NCBI GenBank assembly: GCA_026016245.1
Contig: CP061211.1
Span: forward strand, 450,001 to 482,000
Source: Candidatus Pacearchaeota archaeon
GTDB lineage: Archaea > Nanobdellota > Nanobdellia > Pacearchaeales > UBA284
DNA length: 32,000 bases
Direction of reading: 5' to 3'
Shown here: positions 9,822-18,363 of the stretch, piece after piece
Numbering within the stretch: the first letter of the stretch is position 1
Layout: every line of letters starts with the position of its first letter
Program-made: the position numbers and the translations under genes
The notes under the pieces: model-generated
The model's database searches: none
What the model was told of the DNA's origin: nothing
The model's input: only the letters and a program-made list of their open reading frames with translations

Positions 9822-10790
9822 ATGTACAAAAAGAAAAAAATTTTATTTGTTTATAGAGATTTTTTCTCTTTTGTAAAAAGAGATTTTGAAATATTAGATA
9901 GCCAATACAATGTAACCTCTCTTCATGCTACAAAAAACTTGCCTCTGTTAATTTTCAAGCTTCTGGCTTTAGTTCCAAAAAATGATCTTATTTTTGTATG
10001 GTTTGCTGATTGGCATGCATTTCTTGCAACTTTATCTGCCAAACTTTTCAGAAAAAAAATAGTTGTTATAGTGGGGGGTTATGATGCTGCTTGTGTGCCT
10101 GAAATTAACTATGGTGCTTTCTGTTCCTGGTGGAAAAGCAAGGTAGTAAAATGGACTCTCAAGAATGTTACTATAGCTTTAGCTGTTTCAAAACATGTAG
10201 AAGAAAATATGTTAAAGTATTCTAAACCAAAAGGGGCAGAGGTCTTATATCATGGATTTGATTATGCAAAAATTAAACTGAGACCTCAAAACAAAAAAGA
10301 AAATTTAGTAATATCAGTTGGAACTGCAAAGATTAAGAGGCCAGACATTTTTATTAAAGTGGCAAAATATCTTCCTAAAATTAAATTTCTTCTTGTAGGA
10401 TCTATTACTAAAGAAATTGAACAATTGCAGAAAATAGCTCCTTTAAATGTAAAATTTACTGGTCTTTTATCTTTTGATAAACTGCTTAAAAAATATCAAA
10501 AAGCTAAAGTATATGTTCAGACATCAGCCTATGAAGGCTTTGGATGCGCGCTAGCAGAAGCTATGCTTTGTGAATGTGTTCCGGTTGTAACAAAAAAAGC
10601 TGCCTTGCCAGAAGTTATTGGAAATACTGGTTTTTGTGTTCCTTATGGAAATGCGGAAGCAACTGCAGAAGCAATTAAAAAAGCTTTAATATCGAATAAA
10701 GGAAAAGTGGCTAGGGAAAGAATTAAGAAATTTTTTCCTATTTCAAGAAGAAAGAAAAAATTAATTGAAGTTATAGAAAAACTAAAATGA
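9822..10790 (+). CDS. Glycosyltransferase, group 1 (GT-B)
   Basis: C-terminal EGFGCALAEAMLCECVPVV (the E-x7-E region) is typical of group 1 glycosyltransferases. TGA stop overlaps the next start (ATGA). Confidence 0.75.
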   Translation: MYKKKKILFVYRDFFSFVKRDFEILDSQYNVTSLHATKNLPLLIFKLLALVPKNDLIFVWFADWHAFLATLSAKLFRKKIVVIVGGYDAACVPEINYGAFCSWWKSKVVKWTLKNVTIALAVSKHVEENMLKYSKPKGAEVLYHGFDYAKIKLRPQNKKENLVISVGTAKIKRPDIFIKVAKYLPKIKFLLVGSITKEIEQLQKIAPLNVKFTGLLSFDKLLKKYQKAKVYVQTSAYEGFGCALAEAMLCECVPVVTKKAALPEVIGNTGFCVPYGNAEATAEAIKKALISNKGKVARERIKKFFPISRRKKKLIEVIEKLK

Positions 10791-11467
10791 AAAATAAATT
10801 GAAAACAGTTATTAAAAAAACACCTTTAATCAATAATGTGGCAAGAATCTTATTAAATTATATAAAAACTATTTCATTCCCTGGATCTAAAGAATATTGG
10901 GAAGAAAGATATGCTAGTGGAGGAACTTCGGGTGCTGGTTCTTATGGAAAACTTGCAAAATTTAAAGCCGACGTCATAAATTCGTTTGTAAAAAATAATA
11001 AGATTAATTCAGTTATAGAGTTTGGTTGTGGAGATGGCAATCAATTATCTTTATTTGATTTTCCTGCTTATATTGGTTTGGATATTTCAAAAACTTCAAT
11101 AGAATTATGTATGAAACATTTTAAGAAGGATAGAACGAAAAGTTTCTTTTTGTATGATTCTGAGTATTTCAAAGACAACCACCATATCTTCAAAGCAGAG
11201 CTCGCTTTATCCTTAGATGTCATTTATCATCTTGTTGAAGAGAATATATTTGAGCTTTATATGAAACATTTATTTTCAACTTCTGATAAATTTGTTATTA
11301 TTTACTCTTCTGATACTAGTAATAAGCAAAAAGTTCACCAAAGGAATAGACAATTTACGAAATGGGTAAAAATTAATTTTGCCAAATGGAAATTAATAAA
11401 AAAAATCAAAAATAAATATCCTAATGAATCAGGTGCTGATTTCTTTATTTACAAGAAGGCAAAGTAA
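10787..11467 (+). CDS. Class I SAM-dependent methyltransferase
   Basis: Motif I VIEFGCGDGNQL and post-I IGLDIS. Translationally coupled to the preceding GT1. Confidence 0.6.
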   Translation: MKNKLKTVIKKTPLINNVARILLNYIKTISFPGSKEYWEERYASGGTSGAGSYGKLAKFKADVINSFVKNNKINSVIEFGCGDGNQLSLFDFPAYIGLDISKTSIELCMKHFKKDRTKSFFLYDSEYFKDNHHIFKAELALSLDVIYHLVEENIFELYMKHLFSTSDKFVIIYSSDTSNKQKVHQRNRQFTKWVKINFAKWKLIKKIKNKYPNESGADFFIYKKAK

Positions 11468-11574
11468 AGAAAGGATTTGGATTTGAAGCAAAAACCAGTT
11501 TAAACAAAGGATTATAAAATTATTTCCCTTAGAAGAAAGAAAAAAATTATTGGAATTATTGAAAAAATTTGAAA

Positions 11575-12462
11575 ATGAAACGAGTTTTTATTATAATAGT
11601 TAACTGGAATGGTAAAGATTTGCTAAAAAGATGTTTGAATTCCTTAAGAAAGAATACAGGATATCCTTCGTATAAAGTTATTATTGTTGATAATGGATCA
11701 ACAGACGGAAGTCAGGAAATAATTAGAAAGAAATTTCCTTGGGCAGATTTAATCTCTTTAGAAAAAAACTAGGGGTTTGTTAAAGGAACTAATATTGGAA
11801 TCAAACGTGCTTTAACAAAATATAATGCTGATTATGTTTTTCTTTTGAATAATGATACTGAAATTATTCAAAAAAACTGGTTAAGAGATATGGTCAAAAT
11901 TTTAGATTCTTACCCTAAAGGTGGTATTGCTTGTTGTAAACTGCTTTCTCTAGATAAAAAACAACAAATAAGTGCTGCACATTCCATACCAATTGGGAGA
12001 TCTCCAGAAATTTTAGCAAAAGATGTTGTTGAAATTGATTGGGCCATAGGAACTGCATTTCTAATTAAAAGAAATGTTATTAAAAAAATTGGTTTATTTG
12101 ATGAAAATTTTTCGCCAGCTTATGGAGAAGAATCAGATTACTGCTGGAGAGCAAGAAAATCAGGTTATAAAATTTTATACAATCCTTTCGTATCTATAAT
12201 ACATTATGGGGCAGCAACTGCAAAAAAATTTGATCCAAATTATATTTATTTTATTAAACAAAGAAATCGAATAAGGAATATACTGCTAAACTACCCAACA
12301 TCTTGGTTAATAATAAGACTCTTAGCTGAAATTAAAGTTATATTAAGAGCGCTCTTTGCCATGAAAATTTATTTACTTATAAAAGCTTATTGGGCCAACA
12401 TAAGAAATCTAAAAGAAATTCTGGAAAAAAGAAAAAAAAGAACTGCAAAAATCTTGTATTAA
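11575..12462 (+). pseudogene. Family 2 glycosyltransferase interrupted by a single in-frame TAG (11770-11772)
   Basis: ORFs 11569-11772 and 11845-12462 are in the same frame. Translation across the stop reads ...ISLEKN*GFVKGTNIGIKRAL...YVFLLNNDTEI, a continuous GT2 N-terminal domain (IVNWNG, VDNGSTDGS, N-x-GF, LNND). ATG at 11575 is a more likely start than the TTG at 11569. Confidence 0.7.
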
Positions 12463-13088
12463 ATTTTATATTTCGATGCCTTAATGATAAATTGATAACC
12501 AAACAATGGGGGATTAGTTTTGGTAATAATCTTTCCTGCTTTTCCAAAGAATCTTGATAGATTTGTTGTCATATCTATTTTTTCGATTACAAAACCCGCT
12601 TTTTCAATTAAACTTTTGGCTGTTTTAAAAGTAAAAAATCTTAGATGTGTTTTATCTAAAAGCCCCATTTCTTTGTATTCCCACCTACCAAATAAAAGTT
12701 TAAGGCGTATTACCCAATTAGCTACATTTGGAATAGAACAGACAATGTAACCAGCATTTTTAAGATATTTTTTAAGTTTAATAATAACATCCAACGGCTG
12801 TCTTAAATGCTCCAAAATGTCACCAAAAATGATAATATCAAAATATTTTTTTGGAAAGGGTAGTTTGGTTAGAATTTCAATGTCCCCAACAATTACTTTT
12901 TTACAGTATTTTCTAGCTAATTTGGCAGCTTGCCTATCTTTTTCTATTCCAACAACTTCACAGTCATTTTGTGTTAGTCTCTTGTCTATTTGACCAGTAG
13001 CACATCCAACATCTAAAACTTTTTTATTCTTACCAACTAATTGAATCATCTTCCTATGGGATAAAGTAAATTGGCTATATTTTCTCAT
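12459..13088 (-). CDS. Class I SAM-dependent methyltransferase
   Basis: Motif I VLDVGCATGQ, post-I VVGIEKD, and IIIFGDILEHL. The 3' end overlaps the GT2 stop convergently by 4 nt. Confidence 0.75.
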   Translation of the reverse strand: MRKYSQFTLSHRKMIQLVGKNKKVLDVGCATGQIDKRLTQNDCEVVGIEKDRQAAKLARKYCKKVIVGDIEILTKLPFPKKYFDIIIFGDILEHLRQPLDVIIKLKKYLKNAGYIVCSIPNVANWVIRLKLLFGRWEYKEMGLLDKTHLRFFTFKTAKSLIEKAGFVIEKIDMTTNLSRFFGKAGKIITKTNPPLFGYQFIIKASKYKI

Positions 13089-13274
13089 TTTAAACTCCTT
13101 AATCTTTTAATTAATAAACTTTGGCTTTTAGTTTTAGTACTTGTATCTTCTTTTTTATTTCAATCTGTCAGTCGATTCTTCTATATTTTTAATAGGTCTG
13201 TATCCTTTTTAACAAAATTTTATCCAAGATACTCTTATTATTATAAACAACAATTATTGATATCATCTTTTATA

Positions 13275-14645
13275 TTATCTTACAATTAAGGGTTTACCCG
13301 ACAATATTTTCACTAAGGCTATTAACAAACGTTTTGGAATTTTTAAAGGATTTTTTAAAGTATTCTTTATTACTATTTTTAGTTTCTCGTTTCTGAAAAG
13401 TAAAAATAGCTTATATATTTCATCTCTTGTTAACTTTTCTGATAAAATTATTGCATCATTATGACTTTCGCCAAAATTCACATTTAAAGAATTCCAATTC
13501 ATATCTTCACTTACTAAATTCCTTGCTTTTGCATATTCCCAAACAGGTGTTCCAGGAAATGGCGTCAAAACATATATAGCAAAGCTAGCTAATCGATTTT
13601 CTTTGATAAATTTAAGAGTCCGCAGGATATCTTCTTGGCTTTCTTTTGGCGAACCGATAATAAAACTAGCACCAATCTTTATTCCATACTTTTTAAATAT
13701 ATTAATAGCATTTATGTGATCCTTTATGGTTATATTTCTTCCTTTGAGATATTCTAAAGTAGTAGGCGAACCCGACTCTAGCCCCATACTAACAGACTTC
13801 ACGTTCATTTGCTTTAATAACCAACTTACTTCATTATTAACTAAATTTGATCTAACACTGCAAGTAAAATTCACTTTACCTAAAATGCCCTCCTTCTTCA
13901 GTAGTTCCAATATCTGTTTTAATCTTCTTTTATCGGCTATAAATATGTCATCCCAAAAGGCTATATTTTTTACTTTATATTTACTAATAAGGTATTTTAT
14001 TTCGTTAACAACATATTCGGCTGAAAAAAATCTAACATTATCCCAAAAGCGAGATGAGGCACAAAAAGTACACCTATAGGGACATCCTCTTGAAGTAAAC
14101 ATAGAGGTAGACTTTTTAATTGTAAATAGATCTCTCGCTGGCATTGGTATCCTATCTAGAGGTTCTATTGGCTTTCTTTTTTTCGTTATAATAAGTTCAC
14201 CATTTCTTCTAAAAACAATTCCGTCAATCTTCTCCAGTTCATCCCCATCAAAACACCCCTTCTCTTCAAAAAGATTGAAAAGTTCGATGATTGTTTCTTC
14301 GCCTTCACCGATAACGCCCACATCCATATCCCTACTTAATGTGGATGGCAATGCAGAAATATGTACGCCACCAATAATAACAGGTATGTCATGTTTTTTG
14401 GCAATTTTAGCATACTCAATTGCTTTGTTATAGTTCTGGGTTACTGATGTAATACCAATAATATCTGGCTTAAAATTATTTATCTCCTGTTTAATATCTC
14501 TATCCACAATTTTGAATTTAATGTGATTGAAGCCAAACTCTTTCCTTAGCGAACTTGCTAGGTAGCCCAAACCTAATGGTGGAATAAAAGCTTCAATCTT
14601 TTTCGTTATATCCATTGCATTTATAAACATAATTTTGGGTTTCAT
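13275..14645 (-). CDS. B12-binding-domain radical SAM enzyme (class B)
   Basis: N-terminal cobalamin-binding-like domain (PPLGLGYLAS...DIIGITS...VIIGGVH) followed by the radical SAM cluster motif RGCPYRCTFC (C-x3-C-x2-C). Confidence 0.85.
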   Translation of the reverse strand: MKPKIMFINAMDITKKIEAFIPPLGLGYLASSLRKEFGFNHIKFKIVDRDIKQEINNFKPDIIGITSVTQNYNKAIEYAKIAKKHDIPVIIGGVHISALPSTLSRDMDVGVIGEGEETIIELFNLFEEKGCFDGDELEKIDGIVFRRNGELIITKKRKPIEPLDRIPMPARDLFTIKKSTSMFTSRGCPYRCTFCASSRFWDNVRFFSAEYVVNEIKYLISKYKVKNIAFWDDIFIADKRRLKQILELLKKEGILGKVNFTCSVRSNLVNNEVSWLLKQMNVKSVSMGLESGSPTTLEYLKGRNITIKDHINAINIFKKYGIKIGASFIIGSPKESQEDILRTLKFIKENRLASFAIYVLTPFPGTPVWEYAKARNLVSEDMNWNSLNVNFGESHNDAIILSEKLTRDEIYKLFLLFRNEKLKIVIKNTLKNPLKIPKRLLIALVKILSGKPLIVR

Positions 14646-14791
14646 TTTATTGACATTCTCCTAATTTTTAAAGAAAATCTTAGATCTGTGAAACCTTCTT
14701 GTCCAGCAATGGAACTTATTCTAACTTTAGGTTCTATCATATTAAATATTTCGGGAACTATTTTAACAAAAGCTCTTACATTTTCTTTCAT
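14642..14791 (-). CDS. Hypothetical 49-aa ORF, translationally coupled to the radical SAM gene
   Basis: My own translation is MKENVRAFVKIVPEIFNMIEPKVRISSIAGQEGFTDLRFSLKIRRMSIK. Its TGA overlaps the radical SAM ATG (ATGA at 14645-14642). It is bounded upstream by an in-frame TAA at 14798-14800. It is absent from the ORF track provided. Confidence 0.25.
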   Translation of the reverse strand: MKENVRAFVKIVPEIFNMIEPKVRISSIAGQEGFTDLRFSLKIRRMSIK

Positions 14792-14812
14792 TTTTCTTTA
14801 TTGTTTAATTTT

Positions 14813-16327
14813 TTATTTGGGTTTAAGATACTGAACCAATTTAAAATCTTCTTTTGTTATTCCTTTAATCAACCACATAACAACAAAATAGATTATAACT
14901 GCAAGCAAAATCTCAGTTATACCAAGCAGCAAATTAAGCCTGACAAAGTAATTATAAACTATCAAAAAGCCAAGCATGATAAGGCTTGCAGCTAAAGGCT
15001 TCCATAAAGATGTTGCCCTTGGCACTATCCTTAATTTTCTTTTTGATGAAATCGCCAGAGCACCAAAATAAAAATATCTGCTAATAAAAGTGGCAAGAGC
15101 AGCTCCTATTAAACCATAAGCAGGCCCTATTGTGATAAAATAACGAATAAAGAAGTAATTTAAAACAATATTAAGCACTGTTGCAATAACAATAATTTTT
15201 GCAGGAAATTGGGGCTTTTCTTTTGAATAAAATAAAGTGCTAAAGTATCTGCCAGTTGCTATTTCAATAATTAAAAAAGCAAGTAGAGCAGAAGCAATAT
15301 AAATAGGTATTCTATATTCAGCTGGAACATAAGCAGCTCCATAAACAACTTTTAGAATCCATGGAGCAAGAGCTGCAAAACCAAAAGCGCATGGAAATGA
15401 AAAAATAGCTGAATAATGAAATGCTTTTTTAAATGCTCGCTCAAGTCTCTGGCCTTTAATTTGAGTAAAGACTGGAAGTAAAACATCAGCCATAAATATA
15501 AGCCCTGCTACAGCGCCAACAATAGCAAAAATAGCTGTATAGAAACCAACAAATTCAGAAGGAAGAAATGCTCCTAACATCAATCTATCTATATAAATAA
15601 AAAAAACCCCTGTTATGCTACCAATCGAAAGATAGCCAAAAAACTTGAGAAGTCTTTTTTTATCAATTTTAATCAAAGGCCCTTTCAAAAGAAAATAATA
15701 GCTTTTGCTTATAATAAAAAAACAGAGTAAGAAAGCAACAAACGCTGCTATGCTCAAAGCAATAAAAACAGAAGGAACACTTTTTATTGTGACAAGAAAT
15801 GCTATAACAAGACCTATTCTAGTTATCTGAAAAATTATTTCTTTTACAGCTACAAGTTTTACTTTTTGGATTGCATAAAATAGTGAAGAAAAGAAACCAA
15901 GCAATGCAGTAGCAAAAAGATATACTGAGCCTATTTGTAAAGGCAAGATTAGAGCTTCTTTATGAAAAGCATATAATGAAAGAGGTCTTGCAATCAAAAA
16001 TAGTGCGAGGGCAAAAGCTCCAGCAATCAATAGTTTAAAATTCAGCAAAAATCTTGTATAAGATCTAGCTTTAGTTTTTTGCTTTTTGCCAAGAGCCTCT
16101 GAAGTGTATCTTATTAAAGTGGAATTAATACCAAGGTCCGCAAAGGTTATTAAAATGAGAATTACAGCAAGAGCCAAGGAATAAATACCAAAAAGTTCTG
16201 GAAAGAGCATTCTTGCTACAATAATTGTGAAGATGAATCCACCTAACTTTGCAATGGCAGTTGCAGTAATTTGATAAAGAGAATTACGCAAGACTTTTTG
16301 TGTAAGGCTTGGCTTTTTTGGTTTCAT
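14813..16327 (-). CDS. MOP-superfamily polysaccharide biosynthesis protein / flippase
   Basis: 504 aa with about 14 TM segments. The N-terminus (NSLYQITATAIAKLGGFIFTIIVARML) is typical of Wzx/RfbX-type flippases. Confidence 0.7.
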   Translation of the reverse strand: MKPKKPSLTQKVLRNSLYQITATAIAKLGGFIFTIIVARMLFPELFGIYSLALAVILILITFADLGINSTLIRYTSEALGKKQKTKARSYTRFLLNFKLLIAGAFALALFLIARPLSLYAFHKEALILPLQIGSVYLFATALLGFFSSLFYAIQKVKLVAVKEIIFQITRIGLVIAFLVTIKSVPSVFIALSIAAFVAFLLCFFIISKSYYFLLKGPLIKIDKKRLLKFFGYLSIGSITGVFFIYIDRLMLGAFLPSEFVGFYTAIFAIVGAVAGLIFMADVLLPVFTQIKGQRLERAFKKAFHYSAIFSFPCAFGFAALAPWILKVVYGAAYVPAEYRIPIYIASALLAFLIIEIATGRYFSTLFYSKEKPQFPAKIIVIATVLNIVLNYFFIRYFITIGPAYGLIGAALATFISRYFYFGALAISSKRKLRIVPRATSLWKPLAASLIMLGFLIVYNYFVRLNLLLGITEILLAVIIYFVVMWLIKGITKEDFKLVQYLKPK

Positions 16328-16740
16328 TTTTTAGTTATATACCAAATTAAAGAAGGGGCTTTTATATATTTTTTATGTTTCTGGAATAGACCACAGATTA
16401 TATCTATAACATCATGAAATAGACAGCCAAAGAAAATTGGCCAGAAAAAGTTAAGAAATAAAGATAAGATTAAGAGCAGAAGGAAAAATTCAATTGTATG
16501 GAAAATAAATAATAAAGTCTTGGGTTTTTTGATTCTTGCTCTATTTAATTCATATCTAAAATATTTATATGTTTTTCCTAAATTAAAATTTTTCTTTTTT
16601 ATTATATAGAAAAAATAATGATCTATGTCAATTAAAATTGAAGCTAAAAAGAAAAGAAGGATAAATAAAAAGTCAAAATTAAGAAGATATAAAATTATTG
16701 TTAAAATTATAGAAAAGATTATATGATATTTAGGAAGCAT
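16324..16740 (-). CDS. Small membrane protein, possibly a membrane-bound metal-dependent hydrolase (DUF457/YdjM-like)
   Basis: 4-TM protein with LIDIDH and FHDVID histidine/aspartate motifs. ATGA overlap with the downstream flippase. Confidence 0.4.
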   Translation of the reverse strand: MLPKYHIIFSIILTIILYLLNFDFLFILLFFLASILIDIDHYFFYIIKKKNFNLGKTYKYFRYELNRARIKKPKTLLFIFHTIEFFLLLLILSLFLNFFWPIFFGCLFHDVIDIICGLFQKHKKYIKAPSLIWYITKK

Positions 16741-16760
16741 TTTTATTTATTAATTTATTT

Positions 16761-18353
16761 TTATTCTTTAGTTATTTTTCTAAGAATATCTGCAAAAGCT
16801 GGGCGAGTTATGAAAACACCAACTGTTATTCCAAGTAATGTAGTTACAACAAAACCTCGCAATAGGCCTGCTCCTGCTGACCATAATGGCAAGAGTGCTA
16901 GAGCTGTTGTTGCATAAGCAGCGAAAATCATGAAGAATGCTCTTTTGATTCGCTCCTTGATACTGAACTGTTTTGATACTCTTGTCTCATCTATCATAAT
17001 AATCTGATCATCAACCCCTGTTCCTAAAGCAGCTATAATTCCTGCTATAGATGCTAAATCAAGATTCCATTTGATTACTGCTGCTATTGCCAATACAAGA
17101 AGAGCTTCTGAGATTAAGGTTATTATAACAGGGAGGACAAGTATAAATTTTCTATATCTCAAATAAATAATTAGACAAACAGCTAAAAAAACCGCTATAG
17201 CAACAATAAAAACATTTTTTGTAAACTCTCTGCCTAATAGAGGAGAGACAGAATCTAATTTTACTATCTCTAATTTGAATGGTAAAGATCCTGTGATTAA
17301 AACTGTCTGTAGTTTCTTCATATTATCTTGAGCTGCTTCATAAGCTTGAGCTCTTGTTTCTCCTACACCGCTTCCTGTTATTGCAATCCTTGTAGTTTCC
17401 TGTCCTTTTAAGCCTGCATCTATTAGTAAAGTATCAACAAGATTGTCATCCAAGTAAAGATCAAGAGTCTCATTCAGATAACGTTCTCCATCAGATACAT
17501 TTTCTTCTAATCCTGCTGTGAGTTCAGCATGTTTTTTTGCAGCTTGCTCTGAAAGATGAATTTCAAAATGGAACCTACATGCCTGGCCGCCTTCTATTTC
17601 TCCGCATTGTTCTATGTAAGCACAAGAAGCATCATTTCTACAAACAAAAGTAATATCATTCTGGCCGCCTACAAAAACTGTCTTATTACCTATCCTAGCC
17701 TCAAACTTTCCTTGTTTTCCTATTAAATCTTGCAATTCTTGTGGTGTGGCTCCTGCCAGTTCGACCATCATAAATCTTTCTCCAGCTAGATCAGAGACTT
17801 CCTTTACATTAATATCAGTTAAACCATAAACATTCAAACGATAGCGGACAGTTTCAAGAAGACTGGCCATTTCTTGGGCATTAAGAGACCTTTCAGGCTT
17901 AACTAAAGCACGAGCGCCTCCTTGCAAGTCAAGTCCCATCTTTAATCTTGTTATGGATATCTCAGAGACTGTGATGCCAGTATCAGAAGTTGTAAGGAAA
18001 ACATATTCTTGCTTGTCTGTTAGTATAGTTATTTTCTCTTTTTGCTCCTCTTCATTCCCATTTTTAGTTTTATTAGTAGTTTCATTAGTCTTATTCTGAT
18101 TAGGAGGCTTAGGTTCAGGAGCTGCAGGGAGATATGCTACAGCTTCACAATAATCTTCTATGCTATTTATCTGCTTGCCATTTATTTCTTTAATGATTTC
18201 CCCAATTGCTATGCCTGCTTCTGCTGCAGTTGAATTTGCTTGAATCCCTTTGATAATAACTTTTCCAGAAAAGTATTGCCAATTTATTATGAAGAGAATT
18301 GCTACTATGAATAAAATAATTAGCAACCAGATTCTCCAACCTATTTTTACCAT
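16761..18353 (-). CDS. secD: Protein-export membrane protein SecD with an N-terminal PDZ-like insertion
   Basis: GLDLQGGARAL motif, a periplasmic-type domain and a C-terminal 6-TM bundle (GTGVDDQIIMIDE). Residues ~31-135 look PDZ-like (see findings). Confidence 0.85.
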   Translation of the reverse strand: MVKIGWRIWLLIILFIVAILFIINWQYFSGKVIIKGIQANSTAAEAGIAIGEIIKEINGKQINSIEDYCEAVAYLPAAPEPKPPNQNKTNETTNKTKNGNEEEQKEKITILTDKQEYVFLTTSDTGITVSEISITRLKMGLDLQGGARALVKPERSLNAQEMASLLETVRYRLNVYGLTDINVKEVSDLAGERFMMVELAGATPQELQDLIGKQGKFEARIGNKTVFVGGQNDITFVCRNDASCAYIEQCGEIEGGQACRFHFEIHLSEQAAKKHAELTAGLEENVSDGERYLNETLDLYLDDNLVDTLLIDAGLKGQETTRIAITGSGVGETRAQAYEAAQDNMKKLQTVLITGSLPFKLEIVKLDSVSPLLGREFTKNVFIVAIAVFLAVCLIIYLRYRKFILVLPVIITLISEALLVLAIAAVIKWNLDLASIAGIIAALGTGVDDQIIMIDETRVSKQFSIKERIKRAFFMIFAAYATTALALLPLWSAGAGLLRGFVVTTLLGITVGVFITRPAFADILRKITKE

Positions 18354-18363
18354 TTTAGCTTTC

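Noticed and set aside
11770-11772. The in-frame TAG in the GT2 gene as evidence for pyrrolysine or genome-wide TAG reassignment.
   Set aside because: TAG terminates secY (777-779) and the e2b2-family gene (1701-1703) at the expected protein ends in this same window. No Pyl genes or PYLIS-like context are evident. A nonsense mutation or consensus error is more parsimonious.
13089-13274. The 186-nt intergenic spacer between the methyltransferase and the radical SAM gene, and the 153-nt spacer at 8635-8787, considered as possible ncRNA or regulatory elements.
   Set aside because: The sequence is uniformly AT-rich. I could find no convincing stems, conserved boxes (C/D, H/ACA) or repeats. It most likely holds only promoter and terminator sequence.
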